NCBI GenBank assembly: GCA_964399215.1
Contig: CAYNPW010000002.1
Coordinates: forward strand, 41,554 to 105,553
Origin: an uncultured Ruminococcus sp.
Lineage (GTDB): Bacteria; Bacillota; Clostridia; Oscillospirales; Ruminococcaceae
Direction of reading: 5' to 3'
Length of the DNA stretch: 64,000 nucleotides
Positions within the stretch are counted from its first letter, which is position 1; every line of letters begins with the position of its first letter. Position numbers and translations under genes: made by a program. Below the pieces are notes generated by a model, which saw nothing but the letters and a program-made list of their open reading frames with translations, had not been told where the DNA came from and did not search any database. Below, in pieces: positions 17,662-26,203 of the stretch.

Positions 17662-19431
17662 ATGAAACTTGATACAATGAAAGGACTTCGCAGGACACAT
17701 TACTGCGGAGAGGTTCCCGAAACAGAACAGGAAGTCGTAGTATGCGGCTTTGCGGACAGGGTAAGGGATATGGGAAACCTCATCTTTATCAACCTGAGAG
17801 ACAGAACCGGACTTGTTCAGCTTGCTTTCAACGACGAAACTGACAGGGACATTTTTGAAAAGGCGCGGGCTGTAAAAAGCGAATATGTTCTTATGGCAAA
17901 GGGTCAGATACGTCCCCGTGAGAGCGTTAACAATAAGCTTAAAACAGGTAAGATAGAAATTGCCGTAAACGAGCTGAGAATTCTTTCAAGAGCGGAGACT
18001 ACGCCTTTTGAGGTCACAAATTCCGATAAGGTAAACGAGGAATTAAAGCTGAAATACCGCTATCTCGATCTTAGAAATCCCAGACTTCAGAAGAATATTA
18101 TGATGAGACACATGATCGCAAAGTCTGCAAGGGATTATTTCTATGAGAACGGTTTCCTTGAGATAGAAACTCCTATGATGATGAAGTCCACTCCCGAGGG
18201 TGCGAGAGACTACCTTGTGCCGTCGAGAGTTCATCAGGGAAAGTTTTACGCTTTGCCCCAGTCTCCTCAGATATATAAGCAGCTTCTGATGATCTCGGGC
18301 TATGACAGATATGTCCAGCTTGCAAGATGTTTCAGAGACGAGGATCTGAGAGCGGACAGACAGCCTGAGTTCACTCAGATAGACCTTGAGATGTCCTTTG
18401 TGGACGTTGACGACCTGCTTGAAATAGGCGAGGGACTTGTCCATAGGCTTTTCAAGGACGTGCTTGGCGTTGAAATTCCTCTGCCCCTGCCCAGAATGAC
18501 CTTTGCGGACGCTATGAACAAATACGGCTCGGACAAGCCGGACACCCGTTTCGGCATGGAGATTCAGGACATTTCCGACGTTGTAAAGGACATTGATTTT
18601 GTTGTATTCAAGTCCGCTCTGGAAAACGGCGGATCGGTCCGCGCGATCGTTGCGAAGGGCGGAGCGCAGACCTACACGAGAAAAGAGATCGACAAGCTTA
18701 CCGAACACGCAAAGGGTATAGGTGCAAAGGGACTTGCGTATATCCGCTGGGCTGACGAGCCTAACTGCTCTTTCAAAAAGTTTTTGGGAGAGGGCGATCT
18801 GGAGAAGATAACCTCCGCTGTGGGTGCAGAGAAAGGCGACCTTGTTCTTATCTGCGCAGACAAAAACAAGACTGTACTGAGCGTTCTGGGCGCGCTGAGA
18901 CTTATTTGCGGCAAGAGACTTGATATGATTAAGGAGGGCTACAACTTCCTGTGGATAACCGAAATGCCTTTCTTTGAAAAGGACGACGAAACAGGGGAGT
19001 ACATTGCGGCTCATCACCCCTTTACAATGCCTATGGAGGAATGCATAGAGTATCTTGACAGCGATCCCGACAAGGTAAAGGCAAAGGCGTTCGATCTTGT
19101 GCTTAACGGTACGGAGCTGTCCTCGGGTTCAATGAGAATTACAGATTTTGAGTTACAGCAGAAGATGTTCGAGGCGCTGGGAATGTCCGACGAGGAGATA
19201 GATGCTAAGTTCGGCTTCCTTGTAGACGCTTACCGCTATGCGGCTCCTCCTCACGGCGGAATGGGCATAGGTCTTGACAGAATTTCAATGATTATGTGCG
19301 GAGCCGAGTCACTGAGAGACGTTGTGGCGTTCCCAAAGGTGCAGAATGCCGGCGAGCTTATGAGCGCGTGTCCGTCAACCGTTGACGAGAAACAGCTTGA
19401 AGAACTGCATATAAAGACAGTAGGGGAATAA
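17662..19431 (+). CDS. aspS: aspartate--tRNA ligase
   Basis: 589 aa with class IIb motifs (FINLRDRTG, LPQSPQ, FRDEDLRADRQPEFTQID, GGMGIGLDR). Confidence 0.95.
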   Translation: MKLDTMKGLRRTHYCGEVPETEQEVVVCGFADRVRDMGNLIFINLRDRTGLVQLAFNDETDRDIFEKARAVKSEYVLMAKGQIRPRESVNNKLKTGKIEIAVNELRILSRAETTPFEVTNSDKVNEELKLKYRYLDLRNPRLQKNIMMRHMIAKSARDYFYENGFLEIETPMMMKSTPEGARDYLVPSRVHQGKFYALPQSPQIYKQLLMISGYDRYVQLARCFRDEDLRADRQPEFTQIDLEMSFVDVDDLLEIGEGLVHRLFKDVLGVEIPLPLPRMTFADAMNKYGSDKPDTRFGMEIQDISDVVKDIDFVVFKSALENGGSVRAIVAKGGAQTYTRKEIDKLTEHAKGIGAKGLAYIRWADEPNCSFKKFLGEGDLEKITSAVGAEKGDLVLICADKNKTVLSVLGALRLICGKRLDMIKEGYNFLWITEMPFFEKDDETGEYIAAHHPFTMPMEECIEYLDSDPDKVKAKAFDLVLNGTELSSGSMRITDFELQQKMFEALGMSDEEIDAKFGFLVDAYRYAAPPHGGMGIGLDRISMIMCGAESLRDVVAFPKVQNAGELMSACPSTVDEKQLEELHIKTVGE

Positions 19432-19435
19432 TTTT

Positions 19436-19951
19436 ATGCTGAAACTGCGACCGTATAAAGCCTGCGATGCACAGACGATAACAAAGTGGCTGAAAGATGA
19501 AAAGGCTTTCAGATTGTGGAGCGCAGACCGCTATGACAAGTTTCCTGTCACGTCCGATGATATGAACGAGTACTATGACAGAGATAAGCACAACGGAAAT
19601 ATCTGGGGAATGACAGCGTATAATGACAGCGGGATAGTCGGGCATTTCACAATGAGATACCCCGACGGCGTAAGAAACGAGATCAGACTGGGATTTGTTA
19701 TCGTTGACGACAGTAAGCGCAAGCTGGGCTGCGGTAAGGAGATGATCTCTATGGCTGTACGCTATGCATTTGATTTCCTGAAAGCGGATAAGGTCACACT
19801 TGGAGTATTTGAGAATAATATTCCTGCAATAAAATGCTATGAGTCCTGCGGATTTGAAAAGGTGACTTTGGAAAAAACGGAAAGATACGAATGTATGGGC
19901 GAAACATGGAACTGTATCGAAATGCAAATAATGAGAAATAAAAATCATTAG
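19436..19951 (+). CDS. GNAT family N-acetyltransferase (RimJ/RimL-like layout)
   Basis: 171 aa. LKLRPY..CDA..I..W N-terminus. Acetyl-CoA motif region RLGFVIVDDSKRKLGCGKEMISMAVRYAF and NIPAIKCYESCGFEKV. The start is 4 nt after the aspS stop. Confidence 0.8.
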   Translation: MLKLRPYKACDAQTITKWLKDEKAFRLWSADRYDKFPVTSDDMNEYYDRDKHNGNIWGMTAYNDSGIVGHFTMRYPDGVRNEIRLGFVIVDDSKRKLGCGKEMISMAVRYAFDFLKADKVTLGVFENNIPAIKCYESCGFEKVTLEKTERYECMGETWNCIEMQIMRNKNH

Positions 19952-19958
19952 TATTATG

Positions 19959-19992
19959 AAAATGCCGTATTTTTATGATGCGGCATTTTTTA
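19959..19992 (+). terminator. rho-independent terminator ending the hisS-aspS-GNAT unit
   Basis: AAAATGCCG (19959..19967) pairs with CGGCATTTT (19981..19989), continuing into a T-run. Confidence 0.7.
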
Positions 19993-20088
19993 CTAGTCCT
20001 GTCAACCCGCAGTTGCGAAATTTCCAACTCCGATTGGTAGACTTATTCTGTCAAGTCGGGTATAATTAGATCAAGGGAGGCGGTAAGT

Positions 20089-20939
20089 ATGACAATAGGC
20101 GAACAGATACAGAATATCCGTATTCAGAAAGGCTTAACGCAGGAACGGCTTGCGGAAATGCTGGAGGTCTCAAGGCAGTCCGTATCAAAATGGGAGCTTG
20201 GACAGGCTGTGCCCGACGTGGATAAAATTATCCGTATGAGCGAGCTGTTCAACGTTTCAACGGATACGCTTTTATTACGCAATGCCGAAGAGGAGAAGGT
20301 CAACAAAAATCCGCTGCATTTGGGGAGCGTTTACCTTGTGGTCAAAGATTTTGAAAAGTCTGTGGAGTTTTATGAAAAATTTCTCGGAGCAAAGGTTGAC
20401 AACCGCTGCCGCAGCGGAAATAAGTTTGTGAAATTCTACATTGACAGTAAATGCATTGCCCTTATGAATGAGAATAACATTATCGGACATTGCACAGACC
20501 TGAACGTCCGTACAAGTTTGTGCAGAATTACTGGGTAGAGGACCTGCTGACGGAGTACGAACGTGTAAAGGCTCTGAATATAGGCAAGGTAACGGAAATT
20601 CTGGAGGCGTATCCCACGTATCACTATTTTCACCTGACCGATCCTGACAACAATATTATCGAGGTCACAGGAGGTTATCACATGGACGCTAACGTATGTC
20701 AAAGCTGCGGAATGAAAATGCAGACGGGAGATTTCGGCACAAATGCAGACGGCGGAGAAAACAGGGAGTACTGCAAATACTGTTTTGAAAACGGAACATT
20801 TTTAGGCGCGCAGACCCTTGAGGAAAAAATCGAAAGCAACATCAGATTTTGGGTCGATGAACAGAACGGAATAACCGAGGAAATGGCAAGGCAGAAGCTC
20901 CGCGAATTTTTCCCTACTCTTAAACGCTGGAAAAAGTAA
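20089..20939 (+). pseudogene. frameshifted XRE-HTH / VOC (glyoxalase-fold) / zinc-ribbon protein
   Basis: Two overlapping ORFs (20089..20538 and 20490..20939) are in different frames. The VOC domain starts in the first (LGSVYLVVKDFEKSVEFYEKFLG) and continues in the second (YWVEDLLTEYERVKAL..HLTDPDNNIIEVTG). The shift must lie between 20478 and 20538, and there is no homopolymer there. Confidence 0.6.
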
Positions 20940-21078
20940 CGGCACACAGGCACGCTGAATAAATTTCGGTGTGCCTTAGTTGGTTTTTATTGCATTAACA
21001 AAATTTTATGACCGCAACTTACATCAAGAAATTATCCTTTGTTTGTGATATTATATAAAGCAAGGGGAGGTAATAGGA

Positions 21079-21996
21079 TTGTACGAACTGAACGAAGCCA
21101 TTCAGAAAATGATAAACTGGATAGAAGGACATCTTACGGAGGATATGACGCTTCTTCAAATGTCAAAGCAGATAGGTTATTCGCCGTATTATTGTTCTTC
21201 TCAGTTTCACAGAATTTGCGGAATGACGATAAAAAGCTATGTCTCGGGACGCCGTTTAGCGCTGGCGGCTCTTGAGATCAGGGATACGTCAGACAGACTT
21301 ATCGACATTGCCGTAAAGTATGGATTTTCTTCACAGGAGGCTCTGACGAGAGCTTTCCGTTCGTCGTTTGGGTGCACACCTGCTGCATACAGAAAAAATC
21401 CTGTACCGATCCCGCTTTCTATACGAAAGGTCATTTACTTTCCCGAACATTATAAACAGCTTTACAAAGGAGGATCTACAATGAGTGAAACAGTATTAAC
21501 AGAGCCAAGAGTAAGAATGGAATATATCCCCGCGCATAAGTATATAGGCATATGGGACGATAAGGTTTCTTGCTACTGTGAATTCTGGGACAATCACAAC
21601 TGCGATGAAGTCTGCGGGATAATTGACAGCCTGAGTAATGTCAGCGATCCTATCATTACAGGGCACACCGCAGGCTGGTATTATAATGACGGCGGAGAAC
21701 GCAGATATTTTTACGGAACGGGCGTACCGGCTGATTACAGCGGTGAAATTCCCAAGGGCTTTGATGTAAGGGAGATACCTGCAAGCTATTATCTTGTTTT
21801 TTATCATCCCCCGTATGATTTTATGAATGACAACGGTCAGGTCATGGCAAGAGTTGAAAACCTTGCTTGGAATTACGATATTGACAAGGAATGCAAAGCC
21901 AGATACATCTGGAATGAGGACGCTTGTCAATGCTATCAGAGACATTATCCCGAGGGTATCGGATACGAGGTACTCAGACCTATAAAGATGAAATAA
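21079..21996 (+). CDS. AraC-family regulator with GyrI-like effector-binding domain
   Basis: N-terminal AraC HTH pair (MSKQIGYSPYYCSSQFHRICGMT...KYGFSSQEALTRAFRSSFGCTPAAYRK) plus a C-terminal small-molecule-binding module of about 170 aa. TTG start after GGGGAGG. Confidence 0.8.
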   Translation: MYELNEAIQKMINWIEGHLTEDMTLLQMSKQIGYSPYYCSSQFHRICGMTIKSYVSGRRLALAALEIRDTSDRLIDIAVKYGFSSQEALTRAFRSSFGCTPAAYRKNPVPIPLSIRKVIYFPEHYKQLYKGGSTMSETVLTEPRVRMEYIPAHKYIGIWDDKVSCYCEFWDNHNCDEVCGIIDSLSNVSDPIITGHTAGWYYNDGGERRYFYGTGVPADYSGEIPKGFDVREIPASYYLVFYHPPYDFMNDNGQVMARVENLAWNYDIDKECKARYIWNEDACQCYQRHYPEGIGYEVLRPIKMK

Positions 21997-22004
21997 TAAA
22001 ATTC

Positions 22005-22040
22005 GGGCGCAGAGGATAACTTCTGCGCCCTTTAATTTTA
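22005..22040. terminator. bidirectional terminator between convergent regulators
   Basis: GGGCGCAGA (22005..22013) pairs with TCTGCGCCC (22022..22030), then TTTAATTTT. Confidence 0.75.
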
Positions 22041-22490
22041 TGCGTCTCCTTTATTCCAATGCTCCAGCTTAGGAATGATACCTTCAAAATACTCTCTTGC
22101 CTTTTCTGGCGGAAAATCCTCGTTCGACATATGTTGCGCAAGAAAGTCCAGAATGTCGTCTAAGGATTTGTATACAAATTCTCCGCCTGTATAGCACCAT
22201 TTGCAGTAGCTTTCGTTAAAGCACCCGTCAGGCTCACGGCTTATGGCGCTGTCGTCGTCAAGGGGCATTCCGCAGCATTGGCATATGAGCTTCCTGGGAG
22301 AGCCCAACAGCGTGTTTATTGAAACATCAAAGATATTTGAGATAGTCTTGAGTGTTTCAGGATTTGGCGTGGTTTCGCCGTTTTCCCAGCGGGATACCGC
22401 CTGTCTGGTCACACAAAGCTTCTGTGCCATTTCGTCCTGAGACAGATCGTTTTTGAGCCTGATATTTTTTAATACTTCGGTGGTGTTCAT
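22038..22490 (-). CDS. XRE-family HTH protein with C-terminal putative zinc-ribbon domain
   Basis: HTH: LSQDEMAQKLCVTRQAVSRWENGETTP. C-terminal CQCCGMPL...YCKWCY, paralogous to the C-terminus of the 20089..20939 gene. Confidence 0.8.
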   Translation of the reverse strand: MNTTEVLKNIRLKNDLSQDEMAQKLCVTRQAVSRWENGETTPNPETLKTISNIFDVSINTLLGSPRKLICQCCGMPLDDDSAISREPDGCFNESYCKWCYTGGEFVYKSLDDILDFLAQHMSNEDFPPEKAREYFEGIIPKLEHWNKGDA

Positions 22491-22655
22491 AAGATTCCTC
22501 CTGTTATTTTAGTATAAATCTATTATAAGCCGCAATGGCTGTTAGGTCAAGCAACAGCTTGTTGCTCGTGAATATTCACAAATAATTAATGTATTTTTTG
22601 TGGAATTATGATATAATGAAAATTAAAATGGTAATCTAATAGGAAGCGTAATTAT

Positions 22656-24050
22656 ATGGAGAATATTAAAGAAAACAAAATGGGCACCAAGCCCGTCGGC
22701 AGTCTGTTGCTTACAATGTCTCTGCCGATAATGGTTTCAATGCTGGTTCAGGCGCTTTACAATGTAGTCGACAGCATTTTTGTTGCAAAAATAAGCGAGG
22801 ACGCACTTACAGCGGTTTCGCTTGCCTTCCCTGTGCAGAACCTAATGACAGCCATAGGCGCAGGTACAGGGGTGGGTATTAATGCCATGTTGTCGAAATC
22901 TCTTGGAGAGAAAAAATTTGAAAGAGCCAATCAAGCGGCTAATAACGGTATTTATCTTATCATACCTGAGTTTTTTATTTTTCTGCTGTTCGGACTTTTC
23001 TTTACAGGAATGTTTTATCATGCTCAGACCACAGACGCTGTGATCATTGGCTACGGTAAGGAATATATGTCCGTAATATGCCTTTTAAGTCTGGGAACAT
23101 TTGCACAGATGACCTTTGAAAAACTTCTTCAGGCAACCGGAAAGACTGTTTTTTCTATGTGCACTCAGGGTATGGGAGCTATTATCAATATTGTTCTTGA
23201 TCCCTGTTTTATATTCGGAATAGGCTTTTTCCCTGAACTTGGAGTACAAGGCGCAGCATTGGCAACGATCATCGGGCAGTTCTCTGCAGCGATCCTCGGA
23301 TTATTTCTTAACATAAGATTTAACAAAGAGATAACAATTAATCCAAAGCAATATAGTCCTAAAATGTCAATAATCAGGAATATTTATGCTGTCGGACTGC
23401 CGTCTATCATTATGCAGTCCATAGGCTCGGTAATGACCTTTGGGCTGAATAAAATTCTTATCGGCTTTTCAAAAACCGCCGTTGCGCTTTTCGGCGTATA
23501 TTTTAAGCTGCAAAGTTTTATATTTTTGCCTGTTTACGGTCTTAACAACGGTCTTATCCCCATTATGGCGTATAATTACGGAGCACGCAGAAGAAAGCGT
23601 ATTTTGGGTGTTATGAGGTATGCGTTCATATATGCAGTGTCGATCATGACTGTGGGTATGCTTGTAATGCATTTTTTCCCGAAACCGCTGCTGGGTCTTT
23701 TTGAGGCAAGCAATAAAATGCTTGAAATAGGTATTCCTGCTTTGAGGATAATCAGTATGCATTTTATAATGGCAGGGTTTGGTATTATGATTTCATCGTC
23801 ACTGCAAGGTCTGGGACATGGAGTTTACGCTATGATAATGTCCTTTACAAGACAGCTTGTAGTGCTGCTTCCTGCGGCTTACTTACTGTCAAGAACAGGA
23901 AATCTAGATAATGTCTGGTGGTCTTTTCTTATTGCAGAGTGTTTCTCGGTAACGGTAGGCATTATAAGCTTTACTAAGGTCAAGAGAAATCAGCTGGACG
24001 TTATGGAGGATGTTTCAAAAACTAAAATCAAGGAGACTGTAAATGGCTAG
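22656..24050 (+). CDS. MATE family efflux transporter
   Basis: 464 aa with 12 predicted TM segments. N-terminal LLTMSLPIMVSMLVQALYNVVDSIFV is the typical MatE signature. Confidence 0.85.
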   Translation: MENIKENKMGTKPVGSLLLTMSLPIMVSMLVQALYNVVDSIFVAKISEDALTAVSLAFPVQNLMTAIGAGTGVGINAMLSKSLGEKKFERANQAANNGIYLIIPEFFIFLLFGLFFTGMFYHAQTTDAVIIGYGKEYMSVICLLSLGTFAQMTFEKLLQATGKTVFSMCTQGMGAIINIVLDPCFIFGIGFFPELGVQGAALATIIGQFSAAILGLFLNIRFNKEITINPKQYSPKMSIIRNIYAVGLPSIIMQSIGSVMTFGLNKILIGFSKTAVALFGVYFKLQSFIFLPVYGLNNGLIPIMAYNYGARRRKRILGVMRYAFIYAVSIMTVGMLVMHFFPKPLLGLFEASNKMLEIGIPALRIISMHFIMAGFGIMISSSLQGLGHGVYAMIMSFTRQLVVLLPAAYLLSRTGNLDNVWWSFLIAECFSVTVGIISFTKVKRNQLDVMEDVSKTKIKETVNG

Positions 24051-24063
24051 AAAAGGCGTTTTT

Positions 24064-24789
24064 ATGAGACTGGACAAGCTTGTGTCATCACAGCTTTACG
24101 GGGTGTCCAGAGCTGACGTGAAAAAGCTTTGCTTAAAGAAGAAAATTTCCGTTAACGGCAAGCTTATGGCTCGTTCGGACGCTAAGGTCAGCACGAAAGA
24201 CGAAATTTATATCGACGGTGAAAGACTTGTATACAAGGAGCATATTTATATTATGATGAACAAGCCCAAGGGCGTAGTTTGCGCCACCAAGGACGGCGAG
24301 AGCAGGACTGTGCTGGAGTTCGTTCCCGAAAATATGCGGAGAGAGGGGCTCTTCCCTGCCGGCAGACTGGACAAGGATACCGAGGGATTTGTACTTATCA
24401 CCGACGACGGAGAACTTTCTCACAGAATGTTGTCTCCCAAAAGTCATGTTCCTAAAACATATTTTGTCAGGCTTGAAAAACCGTGGCAGGATAGTTATAG
24501 AGACGTCATGGCAGAGGGTATGGTCATTGAGGGCGACGACGGCAGAGAAAAATGTCTCCCTGCGGAGTTTACAGGCTCAGAGGACAGCAGTTTTGAGTGT
24601 ACTCTTGTGCTGCATGAGGGAAAGTTTCATCAGGTTAAAAGAATGTTTGGAGCTTTGGGCAATAAAGTGATATTTTTAAAAAGAACACATATAGGAGAAC
24701 TTGCCCTCGACAATAAACTTGCGCCCGGCGAATGTTTGGAAATAATGCACAAAGATGTTGAGAAATTATTGGCACGGCGACAAGCTTGA
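24064..24789 (+). CDS. pseudouridine synthase, RsuA/RluB family (S4 domain + catalytic GRLDKDTEG)
   Basis: MRLDKLVS start (ATG 24064, preferred over 24043). Catalytic Asp motif AGRLDKDTEGFVLITDDG, then HVPKTY. Confidence 0.85.
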   Translation: MRLDKLVSSQLYGVSRADVKKLCLKKKISVNGKLMARSDAKVSTKDEIYIDGERLVYKEHIYIMMNKPKGVVCATKDGESRTVLEFVPENMRREGLFPAGRLDKDTEGFVLITDDGELSHRMLSPKSHVPKTYFVRLEKPWQDSYRDVMAEGMVIEGDDGREKCLPAEFTGSEDSSFECTLVLHEGKFHQVKRMFGALGNKVIFLKRTHIGELALDNKLAPGECLEIMHKDVEKLLARRQA

Positions 24790-24950
24790 TGTTATTTTAT
24801 GGAAATGATAAGCCGCTTTTCGTCAATATACATAAGTACCAATAGGAAAGTTTAGTAAAAAAAACTCTTGCGGATACGGCAAAAATTTGTTATTATTATA
24901 TTGTAACTAATATGGCTATTAGTAAAATTTCAATAGGGAGGTTCTTTTTA

Positions 24951-26093
24951 ATGGCAAGTGTATCATTAAGAGAAATTTATAAGAAGTACGCAGGCGGCGT
25001 TATTGCCGTATCGGACTTTAACATCGAGATCAAGGATAAAGAATTTATTATCCTCGTAGGTCCTTCCGGTTGCGGAAAGTCTACAACGCTTAGAATGATC
25101 GCAGGTCTTGAGGAGATCAGCGAAGGCGAGCTTTATATCGGCGACAGACTGGTTAACGATATTGCTCCTAAGGACAGAGATATCGCAATGGTATTCCAGA
25201 ACTACGCTCTGTATCCTCATATGACAGTTTTTGAGAATATGGCGTTCGGTCTTAAGCTCCGTAAGTTTCCTAAGGACGAGATCGCAAGAAAGGTTGAAGA
25301 AGCTGCAAGAATTCTTGACATCGCTCACCTGCTGGACAGAAAGCCGAAGGCTCTCTCCGGCGGTCAGAGACAGAGAGTTGCGCTCGGAAGAGCTATCGTT
25401 CGTGAGCCTCAGGTATTCCTTCTTGACGAGCCTCTTTCAAACCTCGACGCTAAGCTGAGAGCACAGATGAGAACCGAGATCTCAAAGCTCCACAAGAAGC
25501 TGGGTACAACATTTATCTACGTAACTCACGACCAGACAGAGGCTATGACAATGGGCGACCGTATCGTAGTTATGAAGGACGGTTACATTCAGCAGATAGA
25601 CACACCTACAAACCTTTACAATAACCCTGTTAACCAGTTTGTTGCAGGATTTATCGGTTCACCTCAGATGAACTTTATCGACGCTAAGCTGCTCAAGATT
25701 GACGGCAAGTATGTTGTTGAGTTCGGTTCAGAGGATACAAAGACATCAAGAGGCGTTAAGTATACAGTGGAAGTACCTGAGGCTAAGGCTGATCCTGAGG
25801 CTCTTGAGCCGCTGGTGGATCAGGAAATAGTCCTCGGTGTTCGTCCTGAGTGTATTCACGATGAGGAGATGTACCTTTCTGCTGCTAAGACAGGTATTAT
25901 CAATACATCTGTTGAAGTAACAGAAATGATGGGCGCTGAGACATATCTTTACCTCAACTGCGAGGGTATTCCGCTCACAGCAAGAGTTTCACCAAGATCA
26001 ACTGCACGTCCGCAGGATGATATTCAGGTTGCTATTGATCCTAACAGAATCCATATCTTCGATAAGGAGACAGAGAAGTCTGTAATCAACTGA
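24951..26093 (+). CDS. sugar ABC transporter ATP-binding protein (MsmK/MsmX/MalK type), no adjacent permease genes
   Basis: Walker [10 protein letters not shown], signature LSGGQRQRV, Walker B FLLDEPLS, plus a C-terminal regulatory (TOBE-like) domain. ATG 24951 follows AGGGAGG. Confidence 0.9.
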   Translation: MASVSLREIYKKYAGGVIAVSDFNIEIKDKEFIILVGPSGCGKSTTLRMIAGLEEISEGELYIGDRLVNDIAPKDRDIAMVFQNYALYPHMTVFENMAFGLKLRKFPKDEIARKVEEAARILDIAHLLDRKPKALSGGQRQRVALGRAIVREPQVFLLDEPLSNLDAKLRAQMRTEISKLHKKLGTTFIYVTHDQTEAMTMGDRIVVMKDGYIQQIDTPTNLYNNPVNQFVAGFIGSPQMNFIDAKLLKIDGKYVVEFGSEDTKTSRGVKYTVEVPEAKADPEALEPLVDQEIVLGVRPECIHDEEMYLSAAKTGIINTSVEVTEMMGAETYLYLNCEGIPLTARVSPRSTARPQDDIQVAIDPNRIHIFDKETEKSVIN

Positions 26094-26127
26094 TAATAAG
26101 TACATCTTATATAACAAAAATATAACA

Positions 26128-26160
26128 AAAAGTACGGTTTTTGCCGTACTTTTTGTGTTT
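26128..26160 (+). terminator. rho-independent terminator
   Basis: AGTACGG (26131..26137) pairs with CCGTACT (26144..26150), followed by TTTTGTGTTT. Confidence 0.8.
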
Positions 26161-26203
26161 TACGGAAAATGAAACCGTTTTCGGGAAAGAAAGGAACAGG
26201 TTT

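Noticed and set aside
18043-19017. 324 aa ORF on the minus strand
   Set aside because: It is antisense to aspS, whose identity is unambiguous. No domain signature was seen.
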